A DNA stretch of 64,000 nt from an uncultured Fibrobacteria bacterium (GCA_963716395.1 OY970309.1:2336001-2400000); one strand, 5' to 3'; positions 31,995 through 42,625 are shown, counted from the stretch's first letter. Notes: a model not told the origin generated them from the letters alone. A program made the numbers and translations.

Positions 31995-33911
31995 GTGAAA
32001 AAATTCTGGCTTTTACTCATCATTCCCATCCTCGGCCTGGGCGCGTTCCTGATTTACCAGAATCGGCCGACGAAACGGTTCTCGCGGCACATTGCCAAGG
32101 CCAGGCTGTACGCGAAGGAAAACAATCTTATCGCCGCCCAGCGCGAATACGAATCCGCCTACGACATCATCGGAAAATTCTCCCCGCACGTCTCGCTGGA
32201 AGTGCTGCGTTTGATGAACCGTAAAGCCTTGCAGGACAAGAATCCGGCGCAGGCCCTGGTCAACACGCGCGCTTACGTGCAGGAGCATTCTGCCGTCAAG
32301 GAAGGGCGCATTCTCCTCGCCCAGCTCGCCTTTCAGGCCGGCGACGATCAAACCGCCTTTCAGGCGGTAGATACCCTGTTGCAGATGGATTCGGCCTATT
32401 TCCCGGCCCGGCTGCTGCTGGCCGAGGTGCGCACCCGGCAAGGCCGCCTTGATCTCGCCGAAGCGCAGTTGCGCATTCTGTACCACAATTACCCGGACTC
32501 CCTGCACGTGCTGCTTCCCTTGGCGGAGAACCTGCTCAAGCAGGGCAAGATCGGAGAGAGCCGGCGCTTTCTCCGGGACGTTTTGGCCGATCATCCCGAT
32601 AACGCGCCCGCGCGGCTATTTCTCGTGGACGGTTATCTGGCGGAACGGAAAACCGATTCGGCGCAGGCGATTTTGGATGCCTGGCAGAAATCGGCGACAC
32701 CGGAAATGCTGCGACCCATTACGATGCGCCGCGGGCTGATAGCAGCGATATCGGACCGCTTTGCCGCCGCGGAATCCATTCTCGCCCCTTATCGTGAACC
32801 TAACGAGGAGAACGCTCCGGTCGTCTCCGAGATTGCACAGATTAAGGTCGCCCAGGGACAATATGATTCTGCCATTCGAATCTATGCCGCCTTGGGTCAG
32901 AGCGTGCCCAAGGTCCGCGCCTTGTGTGAGCGCATGAACGTGTTGCTGTACTTGAAGACACAAAATCCGGCGCGCTCTCTGCAGCGGGCCGAGGCCCTGC
33001 AAGCGGGCCAAAGAAACCCGGAACTGCTGCCTTTCATTCTGGCCGCCTACGAGTCCCAGGGGATGAACAATAAGATCGAGGAAGTCCTTTCCAAGCAGCC
33101 GGTTTCCGTGCAAGTGGGCCTGCGCAAATTGATCAACGAATGGTTACCGGACAAGGCTTATATCGGGCAATGGGCTCTGGTGAAATACTTCGAATTGAAC
33201 AACCAGCGCTTTTGGGTGCTGACTTCCAGCCAGGAGATGTACAAGAATTGGCCGCAGAACGCACTCGCCACGGAGATATACTCCGGCCAGCTCGCCGCCT
33301 TGGGGCAGGTCGCTGCAGCGGCCAAGGTGCTGGAAGGTTTAAAACATCCGGACTTCGGGCAGCGTACGGTTCTGCTCTCCCTTTATACCCGCTCGGGGCA
33401 AGGGGACAAAGCAGGCGCCTTGGCGGCGAAAATGCTGGCGGAAAAGCCCGATGCGCCCGGCCTCAACCTGATCCTGGCCGACCAGGCCATGGTCAGGGGA
33501 GACCCCACGGATGCTGTGGGCCATTATAAAAGGGAATTGGAAATCAACCCCAGCAGTTTGCCCGCCCTGAACAACCTGGCCTGGGAGTATGGAGTCGTCC
33601 GCGGCGATTACGCTGAGGCCGCCCCTTATTTGGAAAAGCTGCGCAACTTGAAGGTTCGGGACGCCCGCATCTTCGATACCATGGGCTGGGTCCTGGCGAA
33701 GAACGGCAAAGCGGCGGAAGGCGAGCCCTACATCCGCCAGGCCCTGGACCTGGTACCCGACTTTCCCAGCTACCTGTTCCACATGGGTTGGAGCCTCGCC
33801 CAAACGGGCCGGAAAGAGGAGGCACGCCGCTTCGTCGAGGCCGCGCTCAGGAGCAAGCTCCCGTTCGATGAAAGGAAAGAGGCGGAATCCATGCTTGCGC
33901 GGAAAGAGTAG
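31995..33911 (+). CDS. TPR-repeat protein, PrsT-like
   Basis: N-terminal membrane anchor, TPR repeats, ALNNLAW...DTMGWVL C-terminus; located in the exosortase locus. Confidence 0.8.
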   Translation: MKKFWLLLIIPILGLGAFLIYQNRPTKRFSRHIAKARLYAKENNLIAAQREYESAYDIIGKFSPHVSLEVLRLMNRKALQDKNPAQALVNTRAYVQEHSAVKEGRILLAQLAFQAGDDQTAFQAVDTLLQMDSAYFPARLLLAEVRTRQGRLDLAEAQLRILYHNYPDSLHVLLPLAENLLKQGKIGESRRFLRDVLADHPDNAPARLFLVDGYLAERKTDSAQAILDAWQKSATPEMLRPITMRRGLIAAISDRFAAAESILAPYREPNEENAPVVSEIAQIKVAQGQYDSAIRIYAALGQSVPKVRALCERMNVLLYLKTQNPARSLQRAEALQAGQRNPELLPFILAAYESQGMNNKIEEVLSKQPVSVQVGLRKLINEWLPDKAYIGQWALVKYFELNNQRFWVLTSSQEMYKNWPQNALATEIYSGQLAALGQVAAAAKVLEGLKHPDFGQRTVLLSLYTRSGQGDKAGALAAKMLAEKPDAPGLNLILADQAMVRGDPTDAVGHYKRELEINPSSLPALNNLAWEYGVVRGDYAEAAPYLEKLRNLKVRDARIFDTMGWVLAKNGKAAEGEPYIRQALDLVPDFPSYLFHMGWSLAQTGRKEEARRFVEAALRSKLPFDERKEAESMLARKE

Positions 33912-33930
33912 CCGGAGCTACGATCCCCCG

Positions 33931-34860
33931 ATGGAGCCTTCCTCAAATCCAACGCCTTCCCATTTCGAACCACGACCGCTCCAGGCCTATGGCGAATGGG
34001 GGATTTGGGTCGTATTTGCGTTCCTGCTTCTGGGCGCTTATCTCCCCACCTTCCGCTGGATGATCCAACGCTGGGACGAATCCGACTCCTACATGTCGCA
34101 CGGTTGGCTGATCCCGCCCCTCGCGGCCTGGCTGCTGTGGCGGGAACGCAAGACCATCGCCGCGGCCGCGGGAAGCGGGGCGGCTTCCGGTCTCGGGGTG
34201 ATCGCCGCGGCGTTGGCCATCCACCTCGTCGCCGGGGTCGCCGACGTTTCTTCCATCTCCGGTTTGACCCTCATACCGGTTCTGCTGGGATTCACCGCGC
34301 TTCGCTTCGGCTGGGGCCTGACCCGCCAAGCCTGGTTCCCGATCACCTTTCTTTTGTGCATGGTCCCCCCCCCGGAATTCATCATCAACGGGATCAATTT
34401 CAACCTCAAACTCTTCGCCGCCGACATCGCCGCCGGGCTGCTCAATGTGACCGGACTTCCGGCTGTGCGCACCGGATCTTTCATGCTCTTCGGCTCCGAA
34501 AAGCTGGCCATCGGCGACGTGTGTTCCGGACTGCGCAGCCTGCTCGCCCTGCTGACCCTCGGCATACTCTACGCCTGGTTGATCCGTTCTAAAGGCGTCG
34601 TCAAGGTGTTGGCCGTGCTGGCGGCCACCATTCCCGCGGCCATCATCGGCAACGGGCTGCGCATCGGCCTGGTAGCCTACCTGGTCGATTGGTTGGGGCA
34701 TGACCGGGTGTTCACACCGTTGATCGGTTCCTGGGATCTGCATCTTTTCACGGGCGCGATTATTTTCATGGCTGATCTGGCCGTGCTGGCCGGGGTCAGC
34801 GCCGCCTCCGATCGTTTTATCCCCTCGCGCCGCCGCCCCACTTCTGGAATACCCGAATGA
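33931..34860 (+). CDS. Exosortase (EpsH/XrtA family)
   Basis: YMSHGWLIPP, catalytic CSGLRSL, NGLRI, LHLFTG; multiple TM segments. Confidence 0.93.
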   Translation: MEPSSNPTPSHFEPRPLQAYGEWGIWVVFAFLLLGAYLPTFRWMIQRWDESDSYMSHGWLIPPLAAWLLWRERKTIAAAAGSGAASGLGVIAAALAIHLVAGVADVSSISGLTLIPVLLGFTALRFGWGLTRQAWFPITFLLCMVPPPEFIINGINFNLKLFAADIAAGLLNVTGLPAVRTGSFMLFGSEKLAIGDVCSGLRSLLALLTLGILYAWLIRSKGVVKVLAVLAATIPAAIIGNGLRIGLVAYLVDWLGHDRVFTPLIGSWDLHLFTGAIIFMADLAVLAGVSAASDRFIPSRRRPTSGIPE

Positions 34861-35507
34861 GGCCCACGTCCGGATGGCGAATCGGAGTTCTCACGGGAAT
34901 CGCCCTGGCGCTGCTCGCCGTTACGGCGGCCCTGTCCAATGCGCTTCTGTTCCGCCAGGACGTGCAGGGGAATTCCCATAATACCAGCCATATCTCCACG
35001 GTATTGGGACCCTGGGTGCAAGTCGAGGACATCGGCCCTTCCTTAGGGGAAATCCACGGTCTGGAAACGACCGATATCATCAAGCGGGTGTATGCGAATG
35101 GCCCCCATACCATCGAATTGGTGGTCGCCTATATCCCGCATAGCAGCCGAAAATCAGCGCATGCCCAGGAAGCGTGCCTGCGGGGATCGGGGGCCCAGGT
35201 GGGAAGCATTGCAATGCGGCAGCTCGCGCATTCCCCGGTCTTGGCCAAGTCCATCAGTCTGAATTTGCATGGCCGCCGCGATCAGGTCTATTACTGGTAT
35301 AAGGTCGGCCATATCTACACCGCCGATTACTTATCCACCAGCTTCAAATTGTTCCTGGGCAGATTGACGGGCCACGCGTACCATGGTGCTTCCCTGATTC
35401 GGTTGCTGACTCCTGTGTCCGACGGGGAAAGTCCGGCGGCCGTAAACCGGCGTCTGGAGAACTTCACCAGGTATCTCCTCCCGGAGTTGAGTCGAGCTGT
35501 TCCTTAA
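34857..35507 (+). CDS. epsI: EpsI-family exosortase-associated protein
   Basis: IKRVY..IELVVAY..HAQEACLRGSG, VYYWY, ASLIRL; ATGA-coupled to the exosortase. Confidence 0.8.
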   Translation: MRPTSGWRIGVLTGIALALLAVTAALSNALLFRQDVQGNSHNTSHISTVLGPWVQVEDIGPSLGEIHGLETTDIIKRVYANGPHTIELVVAYIPHSSRKSAHAQEACLRGSGAQVGSIAMRQLAHSPVLAKSISLNLHGRRDQVYYWYKVGHIYTADYLSTSFKLFLGRLTGHAYHGASLIRLLTPVSDGESPAAVNRRLENFTRYLLPELSRAVP

Positions 35508-35563
35508 GGGTTGAGCCGGAGGGAGTTTGAAGCCCGGGCAGTTCGTAGTCTGGCTCAATTCCG

Positions 35564-35599
35564 GGCCAAGACTCGAATAAAGGCCAAGACTCGAATAAA
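35564..35599. repeat. Perfect 18-bp tandem duplication
   Basis: GGCCAAGACTCGAATAAA occurs twice in tandem. Confidence 0.85.
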
Positions 35600-35677
35600 G
35601 AATAATAATGTGACCAAAGTCACAAAGCGTGGCCCCCGCGAGGTTGGAGCGGCCGGGGGGAAAGAACGAGGCTTAAA

Positions 35678-37180
35678 TTATCCGCGGGAGAGAATGAAAA
35701 CCGACTGGGTGAAGACGTGGCCTGCAAATTCGGCCATCACCCAATACAATCCCTGAGCGACATGTGCTGCGTTCCAGGAAACCGAACCGTCCGAGGCGGT
35801 CGAGTGCAGCTTTCGCAAAGTTCGCCCTTGATGATCGAATATCGTGTAGCGTACCGGATATTGCGCCGAACTTTGAAGGCGCATGCCGGCGAGCGACAGG
35901 GAAAATATCCTGCCCTGCCGCCGAATGGTGAGGCCCTGCGTTCCGACTCCAGCCCCGCCGGAACGCAGGGCGGTGGTCGTCTTGATTTCATAAACGTCGA
36001 CGCGGGGTTGTTCCCCATAATCAATGGTGACATACCATCTCCGGGTTTCGGGATCATACCCGGCGCCCCGAATCGACGCCGCGCCCGCGCCGCGGAGATA
36101 ATCCAATTCCGGCATCACCCAGGTGGCGTAAGGCCGGGGCTCGTAGCTTTTTTTGGTGCCCGCCTTCACCGCCAACAAATCATCGGCGTCATAGGCCCAG
36201 ACCTGATAGCGATAGGGATAGGCATGCGGGCCCTTGGCGTCCACGAAAATGGGATCATTGCAATCGGTGGCCGTTCCATAGCAATAGGTTCCCGTGCCCT
36301 GCACGCCGAAAAACAAAACGCTGCGGAAGCCGGCGGGGAAGGCCATTCCTCCGTAACTCGAAGTGAGATTGTACAAATCACTGGTCGTGGCTTCGGCGCC
36401 CAGGCAATTCGTGTCCGCGCACAGGGGATGTGCGAGCGGGTAATACAGCAAGGTGCTACCGGGCGTGGGTGTGGTATCCAATTGATCGGGATCGAAAGAC
36501 GTCGCTGCGGGACCCGCCGAGGTGCAACTGACGATGGGCAAGGCCCAGTTCCCCGTCAGCACAGGTCCCCCCAATAGGGTTTGCCATTCGGTCGGCACGG
36601 GGGTCATGGGGCCGCCCAGTGCGCGCGGGATCGCGTCGGCTTGGATCGCGAAATAGCCTTTGAAATCGCGGGTCAATGAAAGATCGAGTGATGAAATTCC
36701 ATGGCTGGTTTGTTGGGTGCAACCATAATATTCCGCCACCGCGGCGATCAACTTTCCATGATACGCCAATAACCCGTATATCGAACCACCATCTGGAGTG
36801 GTGATTTGCGCCTTTTGCAGCATGTCTCCGTCGGAGATGTCGGCGAATCCTTGCAGGAATGTCGCCTGCGGCAGACTGTCATAATCACGGCTGGTGGAAA
36901 AACTGTCGGGAATCTCCACTTGCGCCACCTGCCCGGGGTTTTGCGCATGACCGCACATAAACAGAGTATGTCTTCCCGAAGGATCGGTATAGGGGGTAAT
37001 GGCCAAACCTCCGTAACCGAACCGCGAAGTGCCCATGGTATCCGTCGGTAAAGCGAAAGCGCCGACATACACCAGGTCGGATTGTTGGAGCAGCGGCTCT
37101 TGTTGGGGATCCGCGGAATTTGCAAGTCCGGTGTAGACGAGAATAGCCGCGCAGAGGGTGTTGCAAACATGAATTTTCAT
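35678..37180 (-). CDS. Uncharacterised secreted protein with C-terminal sorting domain
   Basis: Signal peptide; LLQQSDLVYVGAFALP beta-rich body with several Cys; tail IFDHQGRTLR..VSWN..GLYWV. Confidence 0.75.
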   Translation of the reverse strand: MKIHVCNTLCAAILVYTGLANSADPQQEPLLQQSDLVYVGAFALPTDTMGTSRFGYGGLAITPYTDPSGRHTLFMCGHAQNPGQVAQVEIPDSFSTSRDYDSLPQATFLQGFADISDGDMLQKAQITTPDGGSIYGLLAYHGKLIAAVAEYYGCTQQTSHGISSLDLSLTRDFKGYFAIQADAIPRALGGPMTPVPTEWQTLLGGPVLTGNWALPIVSCTSAGPAATSFDPDQLDTTPTPGSTLLYYPLAHPLCADTNCLGAEATTSDLYNLTSSYGGMAFPAGFRSVLFFGVQGTGTYCYGTATDCNDPIFVDAKGPHAYPYRYQVWAYDADDLLAVKAGTKKSYEPRPYATWVMPELDYLRGAGAASIRGAGYDPETRRWYVTIDYGEQPRVDVYEIKTTTALRSGGAGVGTQGLTIRRQGRIFSLSLAGMRLQSSAQYPVRYTIFDHQGRTLRKLHSTASDGSVSWNAAHVAQGLYWVMAEFAGHVFTQSVFILSRG

Positions 37181-37557
37181 TCGGCCCTGCATTGTGACTG
37201 AAACTATATCAGGTTTCCCAGCCATATTCCAAGCACCCCGAACGCGCCCGAGCCACGGGTCAATCCGAGTCTGTTTTCATTGGGAAAGTTCCCACCAAAC
37301 CTCAATGATTCGCCGTCTTCCTTGGTTAAAATCTGAAGTGCTTAGGCGCATGTTTTCGCCCAGGGGGTGCGAAGTCTGGGCCCATGGCTTGGGCCGAGAA
37401 CGAACCTACGAGGGAATCATGGCGCCCGCCCCAAAGAGTTCAAAACCAAGCCAGCCTTTGGCGTACGAGGCTTAGTGTGACTGGGTGTTTGTTGGGAGCA
37501 AAGCCACCAGCATAGGGACAGGCTGCGCTTCCTGCGGGTGGAAAAAAAAGAGGCGTT

Positions 37558-37637
37558 TGTCGGAATTTTTTACAACTCACCCCGGGAGGGTTTTGTTTTC
37601 GATTAATTCAGGATATTTTTTGGGCATGCCATTTGCG
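37558..37637 (+). promoter_or_regulatory. PEP-CTERM-box enhancer (TGT-N11-ACA) plus sigma54 promoter
   Basis: TGTCGGAATTTTTTACA (37558-37574) and GGGCATGCCATTTGCG (37622-37637) with GG-N10-GC spacing. Confidence 0.7.
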
Positions 37638-37674
37638 CTAAAGGGTTATGATTTCTTTGGATGGGAGTACTACC

Positions 37675-38316
37675 GTGAAAAAATTCGCATCGATTTCCTT
37701 GGGCATTTTGACCGCTGGAGTGCTTACGGCCAATGCCAATCTGTTGATTAACGGAAGCTTTGAGGACAACGGAAGCAACCTGATTTATAACTATGGAAAT
37801 TGGCAGACTTATTATTCGATCACTGGTTGGTCGAATACGGGAGCCGTTGAAATTCAAGACAACGGATTATATGGTGCCGTGGCCGCCAACGGATCGTATT
37901 GGCTGGAGTTGGATAGCTATTCGCCTTATACCATCACGCAAAGTTTCGGCGCCGTGGCCGGGCAATCCTATACTCTCACCTTTGACTATGCCGGCCGTCC
38001 TGAGTCGCTCCCTCCCCCCGACTATACGATGACGGTCAATGTCGATGGCACCAATATGAATTTCAATACGGTTGAAAGCACGACCCCTGGGTCTTTGAAT
38101 TGGACCGCGGGCAGCATCACTTTCGTCAGCGACGGTTCCGACGTTATTTCCTTTAGCGGCGACAGTGACAACGACAGCTATGGTATGCTACTGGATAATG
38201 TCAACATTGACGATACCCCCGCCGTTCCCGAACCCGCCTCCATGGGTCTTTTTGGAATGGGCTTGCTGGGCTTGTATGGCATGGCCAAGGCTCGTTCGAA
38301 GCGGAAAAAAGCATAA
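37675..38316 (+). CDS. PEP-CTERM sorting domain protein (DUF642-like beta-sandwich)
   Basis: GGGAG RBS with GTG start; ANLLINGSFE...LLDNVNI; VPEPASMGLFGMGLLGLYGMAKARSKRKKA. Confidence 0.93.
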   Translation: MKKFASISLGILTAGVLTANANLLINGSFEDNGSNLIYNYGNWQTYYSITGWSNTGAVEIQDNGLYGAVAANGSYWLELDSYSPYTITQSFGAVAGQSYTLTFDYAGRPESLPPPDYTMTVNVDGTNMNFNTVESTTPGSLNWTAGSITFVSDGSDVISFSGDSDNDSYGMLLDNVNIDDTPAVPEPASMGLFGMGLLGLYGMAKARSKRKKA

Positions 38317-38347
38317 GCGTCCGGACTTCGCAAAGTCCGCGACTTGC

Positions 38348-38376
38348 AGCGATTCCTCCGGGAATCGCTTTTTTAT
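38348..38376 (+). terminator. Intrinsic terminator
   Basis: AGCGATTCC-TCCG-GGAATCGCT followed by a T tract. Confidence 0.75.
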
Positions 38377-38627
38377 TTTGAGGAATCGTTTTTTCCCCAT
38401 TGGTTCTAACATCCCGCACAGCTTGCCGCAGCTTTAGATTGGAAGCACGCTCCTTCGTTTGCCTTGGTTTTGATACCGTGTGGCTTGCCGCGCGGTGGTT
38501 CATTGATCTCGAATCATCGCTTTTGTGTCTGTGCCTGTGCCGCCGAGGGGGTGGGCCGATGCAGGAGAAGCCGTCGGGCGGCCCCCTGAAGGGGATTTCG
38601 CGGCCACCCCCTAAGCCTCTGAAAAGG

Positions 38628-40034
38628 CTATTGCGCCGCGACGAGTTCGGGTAGACTTTCCAGAGGCGCCGTGTCGCCCTCCTCGGAATCATCGAAGGTG
38701 AGCCGGAATAAGCTGCCTTCGCCCACGCGGCTTTGCACGGTAAGCCGGAACCCCATGATCTCGGCCAGAGCGCGCGAAATGGCCAAACCCAATCCGCTGC
38801 CCCCGTATTTCCGGGCCACCGAACTGTCGGCCTGGCGAAAGGGTTCGAAAATGGCGTCGAGTTGATCCGGGGAAATGCCGATGCCGGTGTCGCGCACTTC
38901 CACGGCACGGGGAGTCCCGTCAGCACCGATGCATAGACGCAGTTGTACCTGGCCGCGTGGGGTGAATTTCACGGCATTGCCCACGAGGTTTACCAGGATT
39001 TGGCGCATTTTCCGGCGATCGCAGGGCAACGGTTCTGCCGACCCGTCCAGACCCTCCAATTCGAAATGAATGCCTTTCTCGCGGCAATGGGGCTCGAAGA
39101 GGTCGGCGGTGGCCAGCAGCACTTCGCCGAGATCCACCGCCTCGACATCCAATTCCAAGCGTCCCGCTTCGATTTTGGAAAGGTCGAGAATATCGTTGAT
39201 CAATTCCAAAAGGTGGCGCCCGTTGCTGCGGATGCGCTGCAAATACACGCGCTCCTTGCAGTCGGGGTCTTCGGGGAATTGCTTGAGCAGGATGCCCGCG
39301 AACCCGATGATGGAGTTGAGCGGGGTGCGCAATTCATGGCTCATGGTGGCCAGAAACACGCTCTTGGCGCGGCTGGCCTCTTCGGCCTGCACGCGCGCGC
39401 GCACCAAATCGGTGATGTCTTGGCACACATAGGCGCAATGCCGGTCGACGCCTTCTTTCCAGGCCACGGGGCATACCGTGGCCGAAAACCAGCGGCGAGC
39501 CTCGCCCTCGTCGCCCTCGACCGCGTATTCGAAGCGCACGGGTTTGCCGCACTGCAGGCATTGGCGGTATTGCGTCAGCCAGAATTCGGTTTCTCCGGTA
39601 TTCTCGGCCAGTTTGTTTTCGAGTTGATCTTCGAGCCCTAAAGGCGTGGTACCGAAATACAGCGCCGCGGCGGCGTTATCCCAGATGTGGCGGATGTCAT
39701 GCGGCAGCACCTCGACCACGCCCATGCGCATGGGTGTGCTGTCGAAAAAGCCTTTGATAATGGCCATGGTGGCGCGGAAGGCTGACTCGGAATCGCGGCC
39801 GCGGCGAAAGCGCCGGCGCAGGAAAAACCAGGCGCCCGCGATCGTGGCCAATGCCGACGCCGCTCCCAAGGCCAGCAGCATGCCGGCCGCCGACAGCAGC
39901 GGTACGCCCCCGGCGGCCAGCCCCGCCCACAACAACACGACGGCCAATGCGCCGCCCGCCGCCAACGCGGTGGACTGCAGGGCGTGGAGTTCCCCTTCCC
40001 GATCTCTGGGCGTTGGCATGCCCGCGGCTTTCAT
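38628..40034 (-). CDS. Membrane-anchored PAS sensor histidine kinase
   Basis: Two TMs, PAS-like region, AKSVFLATMSHELRTPLN, NAVKFT, DTGIGI, GGSGLGL; start overlaps the Hpt stop. Confidence 0.88.
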   Translation of the reverse strand: MKAAGMPTPRDREGELHALQSTALAAGGALAVVLLWAGLAAGGVPLLSAAGMLLALGAASALATIAGAWFFLRRRFRRGRDSESAFRATMAIIKGFFDSTPMRMGVVEVLPHDIRHIWDNAAAALYFGTTPLGLEDQLENKLAENTGETEFWLTQYRQCLQCGKPVRFEYAVEGDEGEARRWFSATVCPVAWKEGVDRHCAYVCQDITDLVRARVQAEEASRAKSVFLATMSHELRTPLNSIIGFAGILLKQFPEDPDCKERVYLQRIRSNGRHLLELINDILDLSKIEAGRLELDVEAVDLGEVLLATADLFEPHCREKGIHFELEGLDGSAEPLPCDRRKMRQILVNLVGNAVKFTPRGQVQLRLCIGADGTPRAVEVRDTGIGISPDQLDAIFEPFRQADSSVARKYGGSGLGLAISRALAEIMGFRLTVQSRVGEGSLFRLTFDDSEEGDTAPLESLPELVAAQ

Positions 40035-40381
40035 GCGGCTTTCTTCAGGCTTTGCAGGGCTTGCATGAATTCTTCGAAGTGGATTTGCAGGGCGCCTTGC
40101 GCCCCGTGTACGACCTCGGGCTGACGGGCCTCGGCCGCGCACTCGATCTCGTTGAGAATCCCGCGCAGGGTTTCGGCCCCTACGTTTCCCGAACTCGACT
40201 TCAAGGCATGGGCGTGAAATTCCACTTCTTTCCAATCGTCCCGATCCATGGCCGTCACCAGTTGGCGGTAGCGCGTGGGCGCCGAAGCCAGGAAGTATTC
40301 GAGCAATTTGTCGAGCAGAGGCTCTCCGCCGGCCTTGCGGATGCGGGCCAGGGCGACGGGGTTCACAACGGTCGGACTCAT
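40031..40381 (-). CDS. Stand-alone Hpt phosphotransfer protein
   Basis: HAHALKSSSGNVGA Hpt motif. Confidence 0.88.
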   Translation of the reverse strand: MSPTVVNPVALARIRKAGGEPLLDKLLEYFLASAPTRYRQLVTAMDRDDWKEVEFHAHALKSSSGNVGAETLRGILNEIECAAEARQPEVVHGAQGALQIHFEEFMQALQSLKKAA

Positions 40382-40548
40382 GGCGATTTTGCTCGGGGTG
40401 AGGACGCGCCTTTCCCCAAGTGCGCCTCGATTGTAGAGGGTGGCGTCCCGCAAGGACAGCAGGTTTGTGTCCGGGAATCCGGGCCGCCAGTTGAGCTATT
40501 TGGACTTTTGGAAAAAGAATGCGGCCGGGCTCTTCGTCCGGGGCCGGG

Positions 40549-41661
40549 TCAGTCGGAGGTCGGCAACAAGATGGTGAAGCGTGTGCGCCCGTGTTCGGAT
40601 TCGCAATGTAAGGTCCCGCCGTGATCATTGACGATTTTCCGCGACAGCGACAGGCCCAACCCCGTGCCCTTGCCTTCGGGTTTGGTAGTGAAAAATGGCT
40701 CGAAAATCTTTTGCATCAGCGCCGGCGGAATGCCGCCCGCATTGTCTTCGTACACGATCTCCGCGGAGCCGAGGGGCGTTCTGCGCGCCTGGATGGAGAT
40801 GTATTTGTCGCCGTCTCCGCTGCTTTCGAAAGCGTCGCGCGAATTGGAAAGCAGGTTGTGGATCACCGATTCGAGTTGGGTGCGGTTGCCCACCACCAGC
40901 ATGAAATCGGAGACTTCGACGCGCAACGCAATGTCGCGCGCGGTCAATTGCCGCTCCGTGAACAGAAAGGCATCGTCGATTAATTCCTTCAACGCCACGC
41001 TGCTGCGCGCCTCGGCCGCATCTTTCTTCGAATACAGGAGCAGATGCTGCAGCACGCGGCGCATGCGCTCCACCCCGCGGATCACCGATTCGGCCGCCGC
41101 CAGCGCCGAGGCGTGATCGGGATTGGGGGAAGGATGGGCGTGCAAATCCTTGAGGTATTCGGCGTCGAGCAGAATGCTGGCCAGGGGGTTGTTCATCTCA
41201 TGGGCCAAGCCCGCGCCCAAGGTTCCCAGCACCACGAGTTTGTTGGCATGCAGCAATTGCTGCTCGAGATGCACCTGTTGGGCCCGGTCGAGCGAGAAGC
41301 CCATATATCCGACCACCGCGCCGTCGCGGCGTACGGGAGAGATGGTCAAGTGAATGTGCACGTCGCTGCCGTCGATGGCTTTGTTGGTCAATTCACCGCG
41401 CCAGGGCGCTCCGCTTTTGATGGTGCGCCACATTTCTTTGTACAGGCCGTTGGGCGTCAACGGGGAGCGGATGATGCTCTGGGTTTTCCCCAACACTTCC
41501 TCTTCGGAGGTGAATTTGTACAGGCGAAGATAGGCCTGGTTAACGCGCAACAGGCGGCCATCGGGATCGGTCAGATTGATCGCATAGTCGGCTTGGGTGA
41601 ACGCGTCTTCCAGCATGGATTGAGGCGACCCCCAGGCGAGAGCCGAATTTTCAATTTGCAA
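40549..41661 (-). CDS. Cytoplasmic PAS histidine kinase
   Basis: PAS (YKEMWRTIKSGAPWRGEL), AGLAHEMNNPL, IFEPFFTTK, GTGLGLSLS. Confidence 0.9.
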   Translation of the reverse strand: MQIENSALAWGSPQSMLEDAFTQADYAINLTDPDGRLLRVNQAYLRLYKFTSEEEVLGKTQSIIRSPLTPNGLYKEMWRTIKSGAPWRGELTNKAIDGSDVHIHLTISPVRRDGAVVGYMGFSLDRAQQVHLEQQLLHANKLVVLGTLGAGLAHEMNNPLASILLDAEYLKDLHAHPSPNPDHASALAAAESVIRGVERMRRVLQHLLLYSKKDAAEARSSVALKELIDDAFLFTERQLTARDIALRVEVSDFMLVVGNRTQLESVIHNLLSNSRDAFESSGDGDKYISIQARRTPLGSAEIVYEDNAGGIPPALMQKIFEPFFTTKPEGKGTGLGLSLSRKIVNDHGGTLHCESEHGRTRFTILLPTSD

Positions 41662-41679
41662 AAATTCCCCGCGCGGCGT

Positions 41680-42615
41680 TCAGCGCCGCACCACTTCGAC
41701 GGTGCAAGGTGCATGTTCGGCCACGTTGAGGGAAACGCTGCCCAGAAAGAAACGCTGCAAGGCGTGCAAACCCCGGCTGCCGAGGAAAATTGAATCGGCT
41801 TTGAAACGTTTGGCTTCGCGCAGAAGTTCTCGGCGCGGATCGCCTTCGGTGACCGAAGAGGTGACGCGCAATCCGCGTTCGGCCAGGGCGAAAACGCCCT
41901 GCTCGGCCAGACGGTCGCCCAGGCGGCCGCGGAAAGGCACTCCTTTCAATGGAAAGCGCGGCGAATTTTCCGCATGGAATTCCTCGGTGAGCGAAAGGCG
42001 GTAATCCACCACCACCACGATCCGGAACTCGGCGCCTTTGGGCCATGTGCGTCGCGCCACGGCGTGGAGCGCGGCTTCGGCGTCTTTGGATCCGTCGACG
42101 CCGATGAGAATGCGCGGGGGCGGCGCGGCCTTGCGGTCCGGGGCCGGACGAACCACGCGCACATTACAGACGGCATGGGTCAGCACCTTGTGCGACACGC
42201 TGCCGAGGAACACCCGTCCCAACTCCGAATGCCCCAGAGTTCCCAAGGCGATGAGAGAGGGCTTCCATTTCTCCGCCAGGGTGAGAATGCCGGCGGCCGG
42301 CGTGTCGAGCTGTGCCGTGCTGGAAACCTTCCACTCGGGAAAAGCCTGACGCAATTTGGCCGCGCCCTTGTCGGCCATGGTTTTGGCGTCTTTCAAAAAG
42401 TTGTCCGAGTCCCAGCGTCCGGATCCGAAGGCGCCGGCGTACCAGCCGATGGCCGCCCCCGACATGGAGTCGACGGGCGGCACCCACATATCGGCGATGG
42501 TGACGACTTTGGCTTGGCCTTTGGCCTCCAGGCCCGCGCGGCGCAAATCGTTGAACACGGCTTCGGCGGCCGGCGATCCGTCGTAGGCGATCAGAATTTT
42601 TTGCGAGCGTGGCAT
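41680..42615 (-). CDS. Tandem-domain universal stress protein
   Basis: KILIAYDGS...FLGSVSHKV and RILIGVDGS...FFLGSVS..HAPCTVEVVR. Confidence 0.92.
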   Translation of the reverse strand: MPRSQKILIAYDGSPAAEAVFNDLRRAGLEAKGQAKVVTIADMWVPPVDSMSGAAIGWYAGAFGSGRWDSDNFLKDAKTMADKGAAKLRQAFPEWKVSSTAQLDTPAAGILTLAEKWKPSLIALGTLGHSELGRVFLGSVSHKVLTHAVCNVRVVRPAPDRKAAPPPRILIGVDGSKDAEAALHAVARRTWPKGAEFRIVVVVDYRLSLTEEFHAENSPRFPLKGVPFRGRLGDRLAEQGVFALAERGLRVTSSVTEGDPRRELLREAKRFKADSIFLGSRGLHALQRFFLGSVSLNVAEHAPCTVEVVRR

Positions 42616-42625
42616 GGACTTCCTT

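Noticed and set aside
37181-37557. Long intergenic region as a possible ncRNA or hidden gene
   Set aside because: No recognisable RNA motif or credible ORF; adequately explained as divergent promoter space.
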